A DNA stretch of 64,000 bases from an uncultured Elusimicrobia bacterium (GTDB taxonomy: Bacteria > Elusimicrobiota > Elusimicrobia > 2-01-FULL-59-12): assembly GCA_963702895.1 (NCBI GenBank), contig OY969767.1, positions 2,272,001 to 2,336,000 of the forward strand. Reading direction: 5' to 3'. Below the pieces are notes generated by a model. It did not search any database and had not been told where the DNA came from. It saw only the letters and a list, made by a program, of their open reading frames with translations. The position numbers and the translations under genes are program-made. Positions within the stretch are counted from its first letter, which is position 1. Each line of letters opens with the position of its first letter. Below are positions 10,564 through 20,795 of the stretch, piece after piece.

Positions 10564-11933
10564 GCCACCGGCTCCGGAATGCCCGTCGGCGCGAGGTTTT
10601 CAAATTTGGTGAATTCCCGAAGGAAAGCAAGCTCTATTTCACCCGTAGGGCCGTTGCGCTGTTTGGCGATGATGATCTTCGCTTTGCCCTGATGGTCGAG
10701 CTCCTGCGGCTTATAGACTTCCTCGCGAAAGATAAAAGCGACGAGGTCGGCGTCTTGTTCGATCGCGCCCGATTCGCGCAGGTCCGAAAGCTGAGGGCGG
10801 CCCTCCCGGCCTTTTTCCTCCGGGCGGCGGGAAAGCTGCGAGAGGGCCATCACGGGGACCCGCAGGTCGCGGGCCAGGGCCTTCAGGTTACGGGAAATTT
10901 CGGAGATTTCCTGCTGGCGGCTCTCCACGCGGCCCATCCCCCGCATGAGCTGCAGATAGTCCACCATGATCAGGGCCAGCGGCGTCCCCTTGGCGGAGAG
11001 TTCCGCGGCCAGGCGCCTCGCGCGAGCGCGCATTTCAAGAACGGAAAGTGCGGAGCTGTCATCGATATAAATGGGGGCTTGCGCAATCTGGCTGGCGGCG
11101 GAGGTCAGGGTGTTCCAGTAGCGCTTTTCAAGATAGCCGCGGCGCACCTTGTGGCTGTCCACCCGGGACTGGGAACAAAGCAGGCGAAGCATCAGCTCTT
11201 CCCGGGACATTTCCAGCGAAAAGATCGCCACGGGCTTTTTTTCATGGATGGCGACGTGCTCCGCGATGTTGAGGGCGAGGCTTGTCTTCCCCATCGAAGG
11301 GCGTCCGGCGATGATGATGAGGTTCGAAGGCTGAAAGCCCGCCGTCATGGTGTCGATCTCGGAAAAGCCGGTCGGGACCCCAGTGACGTGCGCCTTTCTC
11401 TGGTAAAGCTTTTCGACCGTTTCGATCACGTCATGGACAAGCTCCGAGACCGACACAAACCCTTTTTCCGCTTTGGCCTGCGCGATATTAAAGATCTCGC
11501 GCTCGGCGGCGTCCAAGAGGTCCGAAACGTCCCCCTCCTGGTTGAACGCCGAGGTGACGATTTGCGTCGACACCTCGATGAGACGCCGCAGGACCGCCTT
11601 ATCTTTGACGATGCGGGCATAGTAATCGACGTTGGCTGCCGTGGGCAACACATTGGCGAGGTCGGTCAGGTACGAGGATCCCCCGATCTCGGTGAGGAGC
11701 TTCTGGTTTTTGAGATGCTCGCCCACCGTCACCACATCGACCGCCGCGCCCTCGGAGAACAGATGCGCGATGGTCCGGAAGATATGTTGATGGGCGGGCT
11801 TGTAAAAGGAGTGTTCGTCGAGGAGGTCGAGGACCTTCGCCTGGGCTTCGCGCTCAATGAGCATGGCGCCCAGGACAGCCATTTCCGCCTCCAAGGCTTG
11901 AGGCGGGGTTTTGTCAATCAGATAAGAACTCAT
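10560..11933 (-). CDS. dnaB: Replicative DNA helicase
   Basis: PPQALEAE, AGRPSMGKT, VDYLQL, LSQLSR, SDLRESGAIEQDAD, KQRNGP; ATG at 11933 chosen as start. Confidence 0.97.
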   Translation of the reverse strand: MSSYLIDKTPPQALEAEMAVLGAMLIEREAQAKVLDLLDEHSFYKPAHQHIFRTIAHLFSEGAAVDVVTVGEHLKNQKLLTEIGGSSYLTDLANVLPTAANVDYYARIVKDKAVLRRLIEVSTQIVTSAFNQEGDVSDLLDAAEREIFNIAQAKAEKGFVSVSELVHDVIETVEKLYQRKAHVTGVPTGFSEIDTMTAGFQPSNLIIIAGRPSMGKTSLALNIAEHVAIHEKKPVAIFSLEMSREELMLRLLCSQSRVDSHKVRRGYLEKRYWNTLTSAASQIAQAPIYIDDSSALSVLEMRARARRLAAELSAKGTPLALIMVDYLQLMRGMGRVESRQQEISEISRNLKALARDLRVPVMALSQLSRRPEEKGREGRPQLSDLRESGAIEQDADLVAFIFREEVYKPQELDHQGKAKIIIAKQRNGPTGEIELAFLREFTKFENLAPTGIPEPVA

Positions 11934-12024
11934 TTGGAAATCACTCTTCAATCTGACCAGAACTTTTTAGCCCTGGACGGAGGCGCGCCGGAGCGCCGCG
12001 CGCTCAACGGCCGCGCGTGGCGTT

Positions 12025-12486
12025 CTAGCCGTTCTCTCCGACGATCGTGATTTTAAGTTGTGCCGCAATGCCATTGCCCAAATGCACGAGGACGCTCACG
12101 GGCCCCGTCTGCTTGAGAGGCCCCCGCAGCTCGATCATGCGACGGTCCACCGTGATACTTTCTTTGGAAAGGGCGTCCTTGATCTCCTGCCGCGTGACCG
12201 AACCGAAGAGGCGCCCCTCGTCGCTCGCTTTGGCCGCAATCGTCAGGGTGAGGGCCTCGATTCTCTGAGCGACGGACTCCGCGCCCTGACGGAGCTTCTC
12301 GGCTTTGGCGAGCGTCCCCTGGCGTTCAGTTTCCCATTGGCGCAGGGCGCCCTCGGAAGCGGGAAACGCCAGCTTGCGCGGGAAAAGATAATTCCGGGCG
12401 TATCCTGAGGCCACTTTTTTTACGTCGCCTGCGTGCGCGATGCCGCGCACGTCACTTCGAAACACCACTTTCATCGCATGGGGCAT
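12025..12486 (-). CDS. rplI: 50S ribosomal protein L9
   Basis: GYARNYLFP, GRLFGSVT; AGGAGG RBS; rpsF-ssb-rpsR-rplI-dnaB order. Confidence 0.95.
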   Translation of the reverse strand: MPHAMKVVFRSDVRGIAHAGDVKKVASGYARNYLFPRKLAFPASEGALRQWETERQGTLAKAEKLRQGAESVAQRIEALTLTIAAKASDEGRLFGSVTRQEIKDALSKESITVDRRMIELRGPLKQTGPVSVLVHLGNGIAAQLKITIVGENG

Positions 12487-12495
12487 GAGATCCTC

Positions 12496-12804
12496 CTAAA
12501 CCACCAAATAAGGCAGGAGCGCGATGTTGCGCGCCCGCTTGATCGCGCGCGTCAGCATCCGGTGGTGCTTGGCGCAGTTGCCTGTGGAACGGCCGGAAAT
12601 GAGCTTGCCGCGTTCGGTGATGAAATTGCGCAGAAGCGTCATGTTCTTGTAATCGATCTCCACGACGCGGTCGACGCAAAAACGGCAGGCTTTGCGGCGA
12701 GGCGGCCCCCATCGCCGGGGGCGGCCGCCGCCTTCCTCCGAGCGGGGCCCGCCGGGTTTCATGCCTCCTCTGCGACGTGGTGCTGCGGTGATAGGTGCCA
12801 TCAT
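12496..12804 (-). CDS. rpsR: 30S ribosomal protein S18 (zinc-binding C+ type)
   Basis: CRFC...IDYK...GK...TGNCAKH...AIKRAR.IALLPY. Confidence 0.96.
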   Translation of the reverse strand: MMAPITAAPRRRGGMKPGGPRSEEGGGRPRRWGPPRRKACRFCVDRVVEIDYKNMTLLRNFITERGKLISGRSTGNCAKHHRMLTRAIKRARNIALLPYLVV

Positions 12805-12819
12805 AAGGTCCTTTCTCGT

Positions 12820-13317
12820 TTAAAACGGGATCTCGTCGCCCGCTGTGCTGGACGCGGAGCTTGAAGCCCCAACGGTAGCCGGTTCCGAAAACGACGCGCT
12901 GGAGGAAGCTTCGGCGGCGCCTTCTGTCTCTTCTGAATCCTGAGTGGACGGGGCTCCCTCGCCCGTCATCTTGGCCAAGAATTGGAGCCGGTAGGCTTCG
13001 ACTTCCATGCCGGAGCGCTTTTGACCCTCCTTGGTTTCCCAACTTGTACTCCGCAGACGGCCTTCGACATAGAGCGGGCTGCCCTTTTTGAGACGTTCTT
13101 TGCAGCGCTCGGCCGCGTCCCGCCAAACCGTCACGGGAACAAAGGTGGTGTCATCGCGCCATTCGCCGGTGGAATCCTTATAACGCCTGTTCACCGCCAT
13201 GTCCAGGCGGGCCACGGCTTGGCCCTTGGACGTGTAGCGGACTTCAGGGTCACGCGTGAGCCGGCCAACCAGCCGGACATCATTCATCTGCAACAGTCGA
13301 AGGACGGTAGGGGTCAT
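12820..13317 (-). CDS. ssb: Single-stranded DNA-binding protein
   Basis: LVGRLTRDPEVRYT, VEGRL, acidic tail ending DEIPF. Confidence 0.97.
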   Translation of the reverse strand: MTPTVLRLLQMNDVRLVGRLTRDPEVRYTSKGQAVARLDMAVNRRYKDSTGEWRDDTTFVPVTVWRDAAERCKERLKKGSPLYVEGRLRSTSWETKEGQKRSGMEVEAYRLQFLAKMTGEGAPSTQDSEETEGAAEASSSASFSEPATVGASSSASSTAGDEIPF

Positions 13318-13844
13318 GCGAGAGTTCCTCCTTGAGATGTTTCAGCGGCCGGGACGGCCGCGGGCGCGCTTTCCGGCGCCTTGGCCGCGGGCGCGCTTTC
13401 CGGCGCCTTGGCCGCGGGCGCGCTTTCCGGCGCCTTGGCCGCGGGCGCGCTTTCCGGGCGGGAGCGGCCGCTACCCGAAGGACGCGAGCTATGGCGCGCT
13501 CCTTCGGCTTGTCCCGCGGGGCGTTCTCGCCTGGGCGGGAAAGACTTGTGTTTCTTGATCACCCGGGTGGTCAGGTGGCGAATGACGATATCGGTCACAT
13601 TGTAGAGATGCTCGATCGCCTGGACAGCGCCGGCTTCCGCCGTAAAACTGATCACGGTATAGAACCCTTCCCGGTGGCCCCCAATCGAATAGGCCATGCG
13701 GCGTTTTCCCCAACGATCTTCGGATGTGATGCTCCCCTGGTTGGAGGTGATCGCTTGCTTGATCTTGGCGATCAACTGGTCGACCTGGTCGTTGGAGATA
13801 TCCGGCTCTGCGATAAAGACTGTTTCGTACGTAGTTGAGGACAC
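13314..13844 (-). CDS. rpsF: 30S ribosomal protein S6 with repeat-extended C-terminal tail
   Basis: YETVFI..P, WGKRRMAY.I, EGFY; GTG at 13844 after AAAGGAG. Confidence 0.93.
   Translation of the reverse strand: MSSTTYETVFIAEPDISNDQVDQLIAKIKQAITSNQGSITSEDRWGKRRMAYSIGGHREGFYTVISFTAEAGAVQAIEHLYNVTDIVIRHLTTRVIKKHKSFPPRRERPAGQAEGARHSSRPSGSGRSRPESAPAAKAPESAPAAKAPESAPAAKAPESAPAAVPAAETSQGGTLA
13356..13457. repeat. Perfect 27-bp tandem repeat (about 3.8 copies) encoding (K)APESAPAA in S6 tail
   Basis: GGCCGCGGGCGCGCTTTCCGGCGCCTT at 13356, 13383, 13410, partial at 13437. Confidence 0.95.
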
Positions 13845-13929
13845 GAGTTGTGTCTCCTTTCTGGTTGATGCCCAGCTTGTTTCGCGGGAGGCCCCGAGAA
13901 TGCCGAGCAAAGGAGTCTTGCTTAGTGAT

Positions 13930-14208
13930 TTACGAGCGAGATGATACCAAAATCCGGTACTCGACTTCTCCCTTTTTCACATAGCCGAGGTGCTTGCGGA
14001 TGAGGTATTCCGTGTAGGCGGGGTCCTTCTGGAGGCGCGCCCATTCCGCTTCCAGCGCCGTATGCTCCGCCCGGAGGCGCGTCAGCAAGCGTTCCAACTT
14101 GCGCTTTTCGCGCGTCCTGACGACAAGATTGCGAAATCCCTCATTGGCAAAGAGGAAAAACGCCGCCGCGGCCACCCCGCCCCACCAATAAAGTCTCTTC
14201 TTATTAAT
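13930..14208 (-). CDS. ftsB: Septum formation initiator (FtsB/DivIC family)
   Basis: TM, coiled coil, then DPAYTEYLIRKHLGYVKKGE; downstream of eno as in many bacteria; start uncertain (ATT 14208 or GTG 14175). Confidence 0.8.
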   Translation of the reverse strand: MNKKRLYWWGGVAAAAFFLFANEGFRNLVVRTREKRKLERLLTRLRAEHTALEAEWARLQKDPAYTEYLIRKHLGYVKKGEVEYRILVSSRS

Positions 14209-14241
14209 GGTGTCTCTCCCTCATCCTTAATTCACGCGGCG

Positions 14242-14393
14242 GGTGTATGCCTCGCCTTCCCCGCGCGGGCGGTTCCTGTACACCCGCTTCGGATGGGACC
14301 ACTCCCCCCATCCCCCAGCTCCGCTGGTGGCTCTCCGCCCATCCTCGCGGGTTTGTCGAACCTTACGCGCGGATTCAGGCATCGGCATACACC
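14242..14393 (-). ncRNA. Candidate structured RNA (long interrupted hairpin), family unassigned
   Basis: Nested complementary blocks GGTGTATGCC/GGCATACACC, CCGCGCG/CGCGCGG, GGTTC/GAACC, ACCCGC/GCGGGT, GGATGGG/CCCATCC; TGcTATAGT extended -10 at 14453-14461. Confidence 0.4.
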
Positions 14394-14478
14394 ATCCGTT
14401 GACCCATCACTATTCCCAAGGCATCTGGACTCATCGCCCGTTTGTATGGGCAACTATAGCACCCGAGCCTTATCCAGA

Positions 14479-14652
14479 CCGCATCGGGTCCAGGGGTCAG
14501 GAGGGCGACTGTGCGGCTTTAGCGACGAAGGCCGGAGCGTCATGGATGGCGCCGGACGTCATAAAGCCATCCAGGTCCGGCCGAGGAGTGGTCCAATCGC
14601 TGCGATTGGAAAAGACGCACCGGAGCCCGGATGAACCCTGGACCCGATGCGG
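14479..14652. repeat. MITE/REP-like element with perfect 17-bp terminal inverted repeat
   Basis: CCGCATCGGGTCCAGGG ... CCCTGGACCCGATGCGG with nested internal hairpins. Confidence 0.7.
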
Positions 14653-14682
14653 GCGGACCTACACATAGGGCGATGCTCGTTA

Positions 14683-16120
<1,438 letters not shown>

Positions 16121-16131
16121 TATAAGCGCTG

Positions 16132-17610
16132 TTACTCTTGAATGAGTTTTGTTCCGATTTTTTCGAGTTCTTTGAGTTTCCGCGGCGAGTCCGACTCCAG
16201 ATACAGGCGAACCACAGGCTCCGTCCCGGAAAGCCGAACTCCCATCCAGCTCTCATCCTGAAACACAAATTTGAAGCCGTCCATACGGACGATTTTTTTC
16301 ACGGAGAGGCCCTCGATCTCATTGGGGGTAAAGGTCTCAAACCGTTTGCGCACCCCTTGCATGGTGTCCGTGGATAAGTGGAGGTTCACGCGCTTAGAAT
16401 AATAGGGACCGACCCTGGCTCGGAGCTCCTTCAAAATCTCGCGGAAAGGCTTCCTTTCAAGCGCTCGCACTTCGGCCATGAGCAGACAGGCCAGCACTCC
16501 ATCTTTTTCAGGGACATGCCCGCGGATGGTCAGGCCGCCGGACTCTTCGCCTCCCATCAGAAAGCCGCCGGCCAGCATCGCTTCGGCTATGTACTTAAAG
16601 CCAACGGGAGTCTCTTTGAGCTCAAGGCCAAAGTGCCGGGCCACGGCATCGAGAAAATGGGAGGTCATGACGCTTCGTACGACCAGGCCTTTCCAACGCC
16701 TGGTTTTGACCAAATGCTGAAGGACAATCGGCAAGATTTCGTTGGGCGAAAGGAGTGTGCCGTCCTCGTCCATCACCCCAAAACGGTCCGCGTCGCCATC
16801 GGTGCCAAAGCCCGCGACGAGTTTCTCCTTTTTCATCACGCGAACCATTTCCGCGAGCTGTTCCTGGGCGGGTTCAGGGGGACGGCCGCCAAAGTTGACG
16901 TCACGCCAGTCGTGCAGGACCACCGTCCGGCAGCCGGCCGCTTTCAAAAAGGCATCCAGATACCCCTGCCCAGTGCCGTAAAGGACGTCCGCGGCGACCT
17001 TCAGTTTGGCTTTTTTAAGCAAGGAGACGTCGATGATGTTCTTCAGCCGCGCCAAATAGGCTGGGCGCGGGTCCAAGAGTCGTATCGGGGTAACGGGGTA
17101 ACGGGGTAACGGAGTTGAGCCTTGGTGTGACTCCGATACTCCGGTACTCCGATACTCCGTTACCGAATTGGCGAGGCGTTCAATCTCGTGGGTCACCTCC
17201 GGAGAGGACGGGGCGCCATTGGCCATATTGAATTTAATGCCGTTGTACTCGGCCGGGTTGTGGCTGGCCGTGAAATTAATGCCGCCCGCCGCTTTTTGAT
17301 GGATCACCTGGAAGGACACGACAGGCGTCGGAACGGGATCTTTGGACAAGAGCACCGGAAACCCATAGGACGAAACGATGTCCGCGGACATCTTGGCGAG
17401 CTCCGGAGAGAGGAAGCGTGTGTCGTAACCGATCACGACTGGCGAATCGGCGATTCCCCGGTTCCCCGATTCGCCGGTTCCCTGGTTCGATCCATCACGC
17501 TGATTGGAAAGGTGCTGACTGATCGCATGCACGACGCGACGGACATTCTCGAAGGTAAACTCTTCCGCGATGACCGCGCGCCAGCCGGAGGTTCCAAAAC
17601 GAATGCTCAT
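16132..17610 (-). CDS. Phosphoglucomutase/phosphomannomutase family protein (two repeat-derived insertions)
   Basis: FGTSGWR, TASHNP, DGDADR, GGEESGG, R.SGTEP. Confidence 0.95.
   Translation of the reverse strand: MSIRFGTSGWRAVIAEEFTFENVRRVVHAISQHLSNQRDGSNQGTGESGNRGIADSPVVIGYDTRFLSPELAKMSADIVSSYGFPVLLSKDPVPTPVVSFQVIHQKAAGGINFTASHNPAEYNGIKFNMANGAPSSPEVTHEIERLANSVTEYRSTGVSESHQGSTPLPRYPVTPIRLLDPRPAYLARLKNIIDVSLLKKAKLKVAADVLYGTGQGYLDAFLKAAGCRTVVLHDWRDVNFGGRPPEPAQEQLAEMVRVMKKEKLVAGFGTDGDADRFGVMDEDGTLLSPNEILPIVLQHLVKTRRWKGLVVRSVMTSHFLDAVARHFGLELKETPVGFKYIAEAMLAGGFLMGGEESGGLTIRGHVPEKDGVLACLLMAEVRALERKPFREILKELRARVGPYYSKRVNLHLSTDTMQGVRKRFETFTPNEIEGLSVKKIVRMDGFKFVFQDESWMGVRLSGTEPVVRLYLESDSPRKLKELEKIGTKLIQE
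17083..17165. repeat. Inverted 8-bp arrays (GGTAACGG)n/(TACTCCGR)n in-frame in PGM
   Basis: Encodes VTEYRSTGVSESHQGSTPLPRYPVTPIR. Confidence 0.85.
17441..17490. repeat. 8-bp array (GAATCGGC/CCGGTTCC type) in-frame in PGM
   Basis: Encodes NQGTGESGNRGIADSP before VVIGYDTR; same unit as the rlmB array. Confidence 0.8.
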
Positions 17611-17987
17611 GGGTTTTTCCTGCCTAAGATTTGGGTCACGACTTTGATCACGTCCTTCGCTTGAAAGGGCTTGATCAGATAATCCTGCGCGCCGAGGGCC
17701 AGGGCCTTCCCCCAGGCGGCCTCCTCCCCGTAGACGCTCATCATGAGCGAAGGCAGCGAGAGATGGTTTTCTTTGAGCTTTTCCAAGAGCTCAAGCCCCC
17801 CGAGGCGCGGCATCACCCTGTCGGTAATGAGCAGGTCAGGTTTTCGTTTTTGGATCACGTCCAGCGCCGCGAGCCCGTCAGCGGCTTCCCACACCTCAAA
17901 ACCGGCCTCGGTCAGGATGTCCCGGAGGAAGGTGCGGCTGTTGAGTTCGTCTTCCGCGATGAGAACCGTCTTTTTTAATTCTGCCAC
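17607..17987 (-). CDS. Single-domain response regulator (receiver only)
   Basis: VLIAEDE, PDLLITD..MP..GGLE, YLIKPF; GTG start at 17987 inferred. Confidence 0.9.
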   Translation of the reverse strand: MAELKKTVLIAEDELNSRTFLRDILTEAGFEVWEAADGLAALDVIQKRKPDLLITDRVMPRLGGLELLEKLKENHLSLPSLMMSVYGEEAAWGKALALGAQDYLIKPFQAKDVIKVVTQILGRKNP

Positions 17988-20479
17988 TGCTTCACTTTCA
18001 GAGCGTATTCCTTTAAGAGCGAGCGGGCCTGCGCGTTGTCTGCGGACTCCGCCCAAACATGAAAGGTCGCCTCATCGGGGTCCGGCAGGAGCAACACCCA
18101 GCCGCCCTCGACAAATATTTTGACGCCATCCACCAATTCGTGCGAGCACTTTTCCACGGCCTCAATGGCTTTCCTCATCACGAGCCCCTTTTTGTCCCAG
18201 GGACAAGGGACTTTTTGGTGCAGCGTTTCAAAGGCCGGTATTTCTTTTTCCAGAGCGCTCAAGCTCACCTCGTGGCGCGCGAGCAGCTCGGCAATTTTAG
18301 CAATCGCAAACATCGCGTCAAAGCAAGGCTGAAATTCCGGGAAGATGAAGCCGCCAATACCATCGCCGACCAAATCCATGCCTTTCTCGCGGCTCGCGTC
18401 CATAATATAGCGAGGCGCTGTCCGCAGACGCTGCACGCTGGCGTGGCTGGGTTCCGCCAGGCGCTCCAGGACGCTGGAGAGATTCACCGGAACACCCAGG
18501 CGCACTCCTTTGCGGGTCATCATCATGAGCTTGGCGGCCATAAAAAGCGCCAACTCATTGGGGATGCGTTTGCCTTTATCATCAACGAGAAAGATCTTTT
18601 CGGCCCCCGTATCGACCAGGAAACCGGCGTCCGCCTGGAGCGTGAGGACAATCGTGGAGAGACGGTCGAGGGACGATTGAAATTCTTCCGTCGTTTTGGT
18701 CACCCGTTGGGCACTGAGGTAAGCGTTTAAACTGATGACCTCAATGCCCAGGCGGCCCAAAATGTCCGGCAGGATCATGGAGGCCGATGAGAAGGCGTAG
18801 TCGATCGCGATTTTAAGCTTGGTTTTTTGAAAAATGGTGGCGTCGATCGCCTTCAAAAATCCGGAGCGGTAGTATTGCTGGGCCTGGGGCGGCGTGATGA
18901 TCTCCCCGACCCGGTCAGGCGTGGCCCTCTGGAAATCTTCGCGCAGGAAAAGCTGCTCGATCGAGCGTTCCTGGCCGCTGGAAAGGTCCACGCCCGTCCG
19001 GTCCAGCAGCTTGATGTCCACCAAATGGGGGTCGAAGGGAGATTGCCGAACGTGGATGCCGCCGACTTCCCCCTCCTGTCCCATTTCATAACGCACCACC
19101 GGTATAGGCGAGGTGCGCAAATCCCCCACTTTGACCCCCGTGGACAATAAGCCTGAAATGATCGCCCGTTTGATCATGCGGCTGGCCATATGCGCGTCGC
19201 GGGAGGTGATGACGTAAGCGCCCTGTCCCAAATAGGCGCCATAGGCGGCGCCAATCCGGGTGGCGAGCTCCGGCGTGATCTCGCGGTTGCAGAGCCCCGT
19301 AATGCCGTAGGCCCCAAAGAGACGCCTCGACCACACGTCCCCCCAGACGAGGCTCGTGGAAAGAACGGCCCCGTCTTCAATGCGCTTGTTGGGCCAGACT
19401 TTGACGTTGGCATGGACCGACGACGCGTGGCCAATCTCACAGTCATCGCCCACAATGGCCCCTTCGCCGAGATGCGATTTTTCCGCCAGTCGCGTATGCG
19501 AGCCGACCACCGCCTCTTGGAGCGTCGCGTCCTGCCCCACCTCGACATTGTCCCAAAGGACGCAGCCGGTCAGGTCCGCGCCAGCCCGGATTTTCACCCC
19601 AGGTCCCAGAACGCAGTTCGTGAGTTTCACGCGCTCTTCGATCCGGCAGCCGTCGCCCAGGAGGTTCACGCCTTCGAGCAACGCCTTCGGGCTAATGGAA
19701 CAGCCCGTCCCGATATGCGTGCTGTTGCCTCGCTTGCCTGACTTGACTTTACGTCCGGGGAACGGGATTTTGACCAGTTGCTCGAGAATTTCCACATGGG
19801 CGAGGCGATACTCCATGAGGTCTCCCACGTCTTTCCAATAGCCTTCGGCGATATGGCCGTAAAGGGCCGCCTTCGTTTCGAGAAGCAGCGGAAAAAGGTT
19901 CTTGGAGAAATCAAAGTTTCGGTCGGAGGGGATATCGCGCAGCACGGAGGGCTCCAAGAGATAAATGCCGGTGTTGATCGTGTCGGAGAAGACTTCGCCC
20001 CAGGAAGGCTTCTCGAGGAAGCGCTGGATTCGGCCCTGCTCATTGACGATCACCACCCCATAGGCCAGGGGGTTCGACGAACGGGTCAAGACGAGGGTGG
20101 CCGCCGCTTGGTTCTTGCGGTGGCACGCGAGCGCCGCCTTGAGGTCAAAATCGGTCAACAGATCACCGGAGATGACGAGAAACGTATCGGTCAGATACTT
20201 CTCCGCGAATTTCACGCAACCCGCCGTGCCCAGGTCAGACTGAGGGCGGAGATATTCGATTTTGACGCCAAAGGCGGCCCCATCCCCAAAGTGCCGAATG
20301 ATCACTTCCGGCTGGTAATAGAGCATGACCAAGAGTTCATTAAAACCGTTGTCCTTGAGGAGGTGCACAATGTGCTCCATCATGGGCTTGTTCGCCATGG
20401 GGACCATCGGCTTGGGGATATTGACGGTGAGCGGCCGCAGCCGCGTACCGAAACCACCCGCCATGATGATTGCGCGCAT
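17975..20479 (-). CDS. Mannose-1-phosphate guanylyltransferase / phosphomannomutase-like fusion
   Basis: MAGGFGTRLRPLT..PKP NTP-transferase, hexapeptide LbH region, degenerate PMM domains. Confidence 0.92.
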   Translation of the reverse strand: MRAIIMAGGFGTRLRPLTVNIPKPMVPMANKPMMEHIVHLLKDNGFNELLVMLYYQPEVIIRHFGDGAAFGVKIEYLRPQSDLGTAGCVKFAEKYLTDTFLVISGDLLTDFDLKAALACHRKNQAAATLVLTRSSNPLAYGVVIVNEQGRIQRFLEKPSWGEVFSDTINTGIYLLEPSVLRDIPSDRNFDFSKNLFPLLLETKAALYGHIAEGYWKDVGDLMEYRLAHVEILEQLVKIPFPGRKVKSGKRGNSTHIGTGCSISPKALLEGVNLLGDGCRIEERVKLTNCVLGPGVKIRAGADLTGCVLWDNVEVGQDATLQEAVVGSHTRLAEKSHLGEGAIVGDDCEIGHASSVHANVKVWPNKRIEDGAVLSTSLVWGDVWSRRLFGAYGITGLCNREITPELATRIGAAYGAYLGQGAYVITSRDAHMASRMIKRAIISGLLSTGVKVGDLRTSPIPVVRYEMGQEGEVGGIHVRQSPFDPHLVDIKLLDRTGVDLSSGQERSIEQLFLREDFQRATPDRVGEIITPPQAQQYYRSGFLKAIDATIFQKTKLKIAIDYAFSSASMILPDILGRLGIEVISLNAYLSAQRVTKTTEEFQSSLDRLSTIVLTLQADAGFLVDTGAEKIFLVDDKGKRIPNELALFMAAKLMMMTRKGVRLGVPVNLSSVLERLAEPSHASVQRLRTAPRYIMDASREKGMDLVGDGIGGFIFPEFQPCFDAMFAIAKIAELLARHEVSLSALEKEIPAFETLHQKVPCPWDKKGLVMRKAIEAVEKCSHELVDGVKIFVEGGWVLLLPDPDEATFHVWAESADNAQARSLLKEYALKVKQWQN

Positions 20480-20587
20480 ATCGTTTGTCCTTTAGGAGAA
20501 GTTGTTGTTTGAGATGCGCCGGACGTGGCGCCAGTTTTCGACGAAGATCAGAATACAAAATTGAGGTCCGCTACGACAATTCATACA

Positions 20588-20740
20588 CCAGAATAGCCAG
20601 AACATCAGAATATCCAGGACAGCGGAATATGCACCAGAACGGCAGAAAACGCTCCATGACGGCGGTTCACAGCCGAAGAGATCCGCTGTCTGGCGATTCT
20701 GTCGTCCAGATTATTCTGCTGTTCTGGCTCTTCTGACGTT
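20588..20740. repeat. Degenerate inverted CAGAA/TTCTG short-period arrays in a divergent promoter region
   Basis: CCAGAATAG-CCAGAACAT-CAGAATAT... facing ...TTCTGCTG-TTCTGGCTC-TTCTGACG. Confidence 0.6.
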
Positions 20741-20795
20741 CGACGTTTGTGAATTTGTGAAGAACGTCCCCAAGCCGGAGCAGTATAATGCGCCC

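Noticed and set aside
14232..14668. Short ORFs in the eno-ftsB gap
   Set aside because: No RBS or protein-like composition; the region is explained by two hairpin elements
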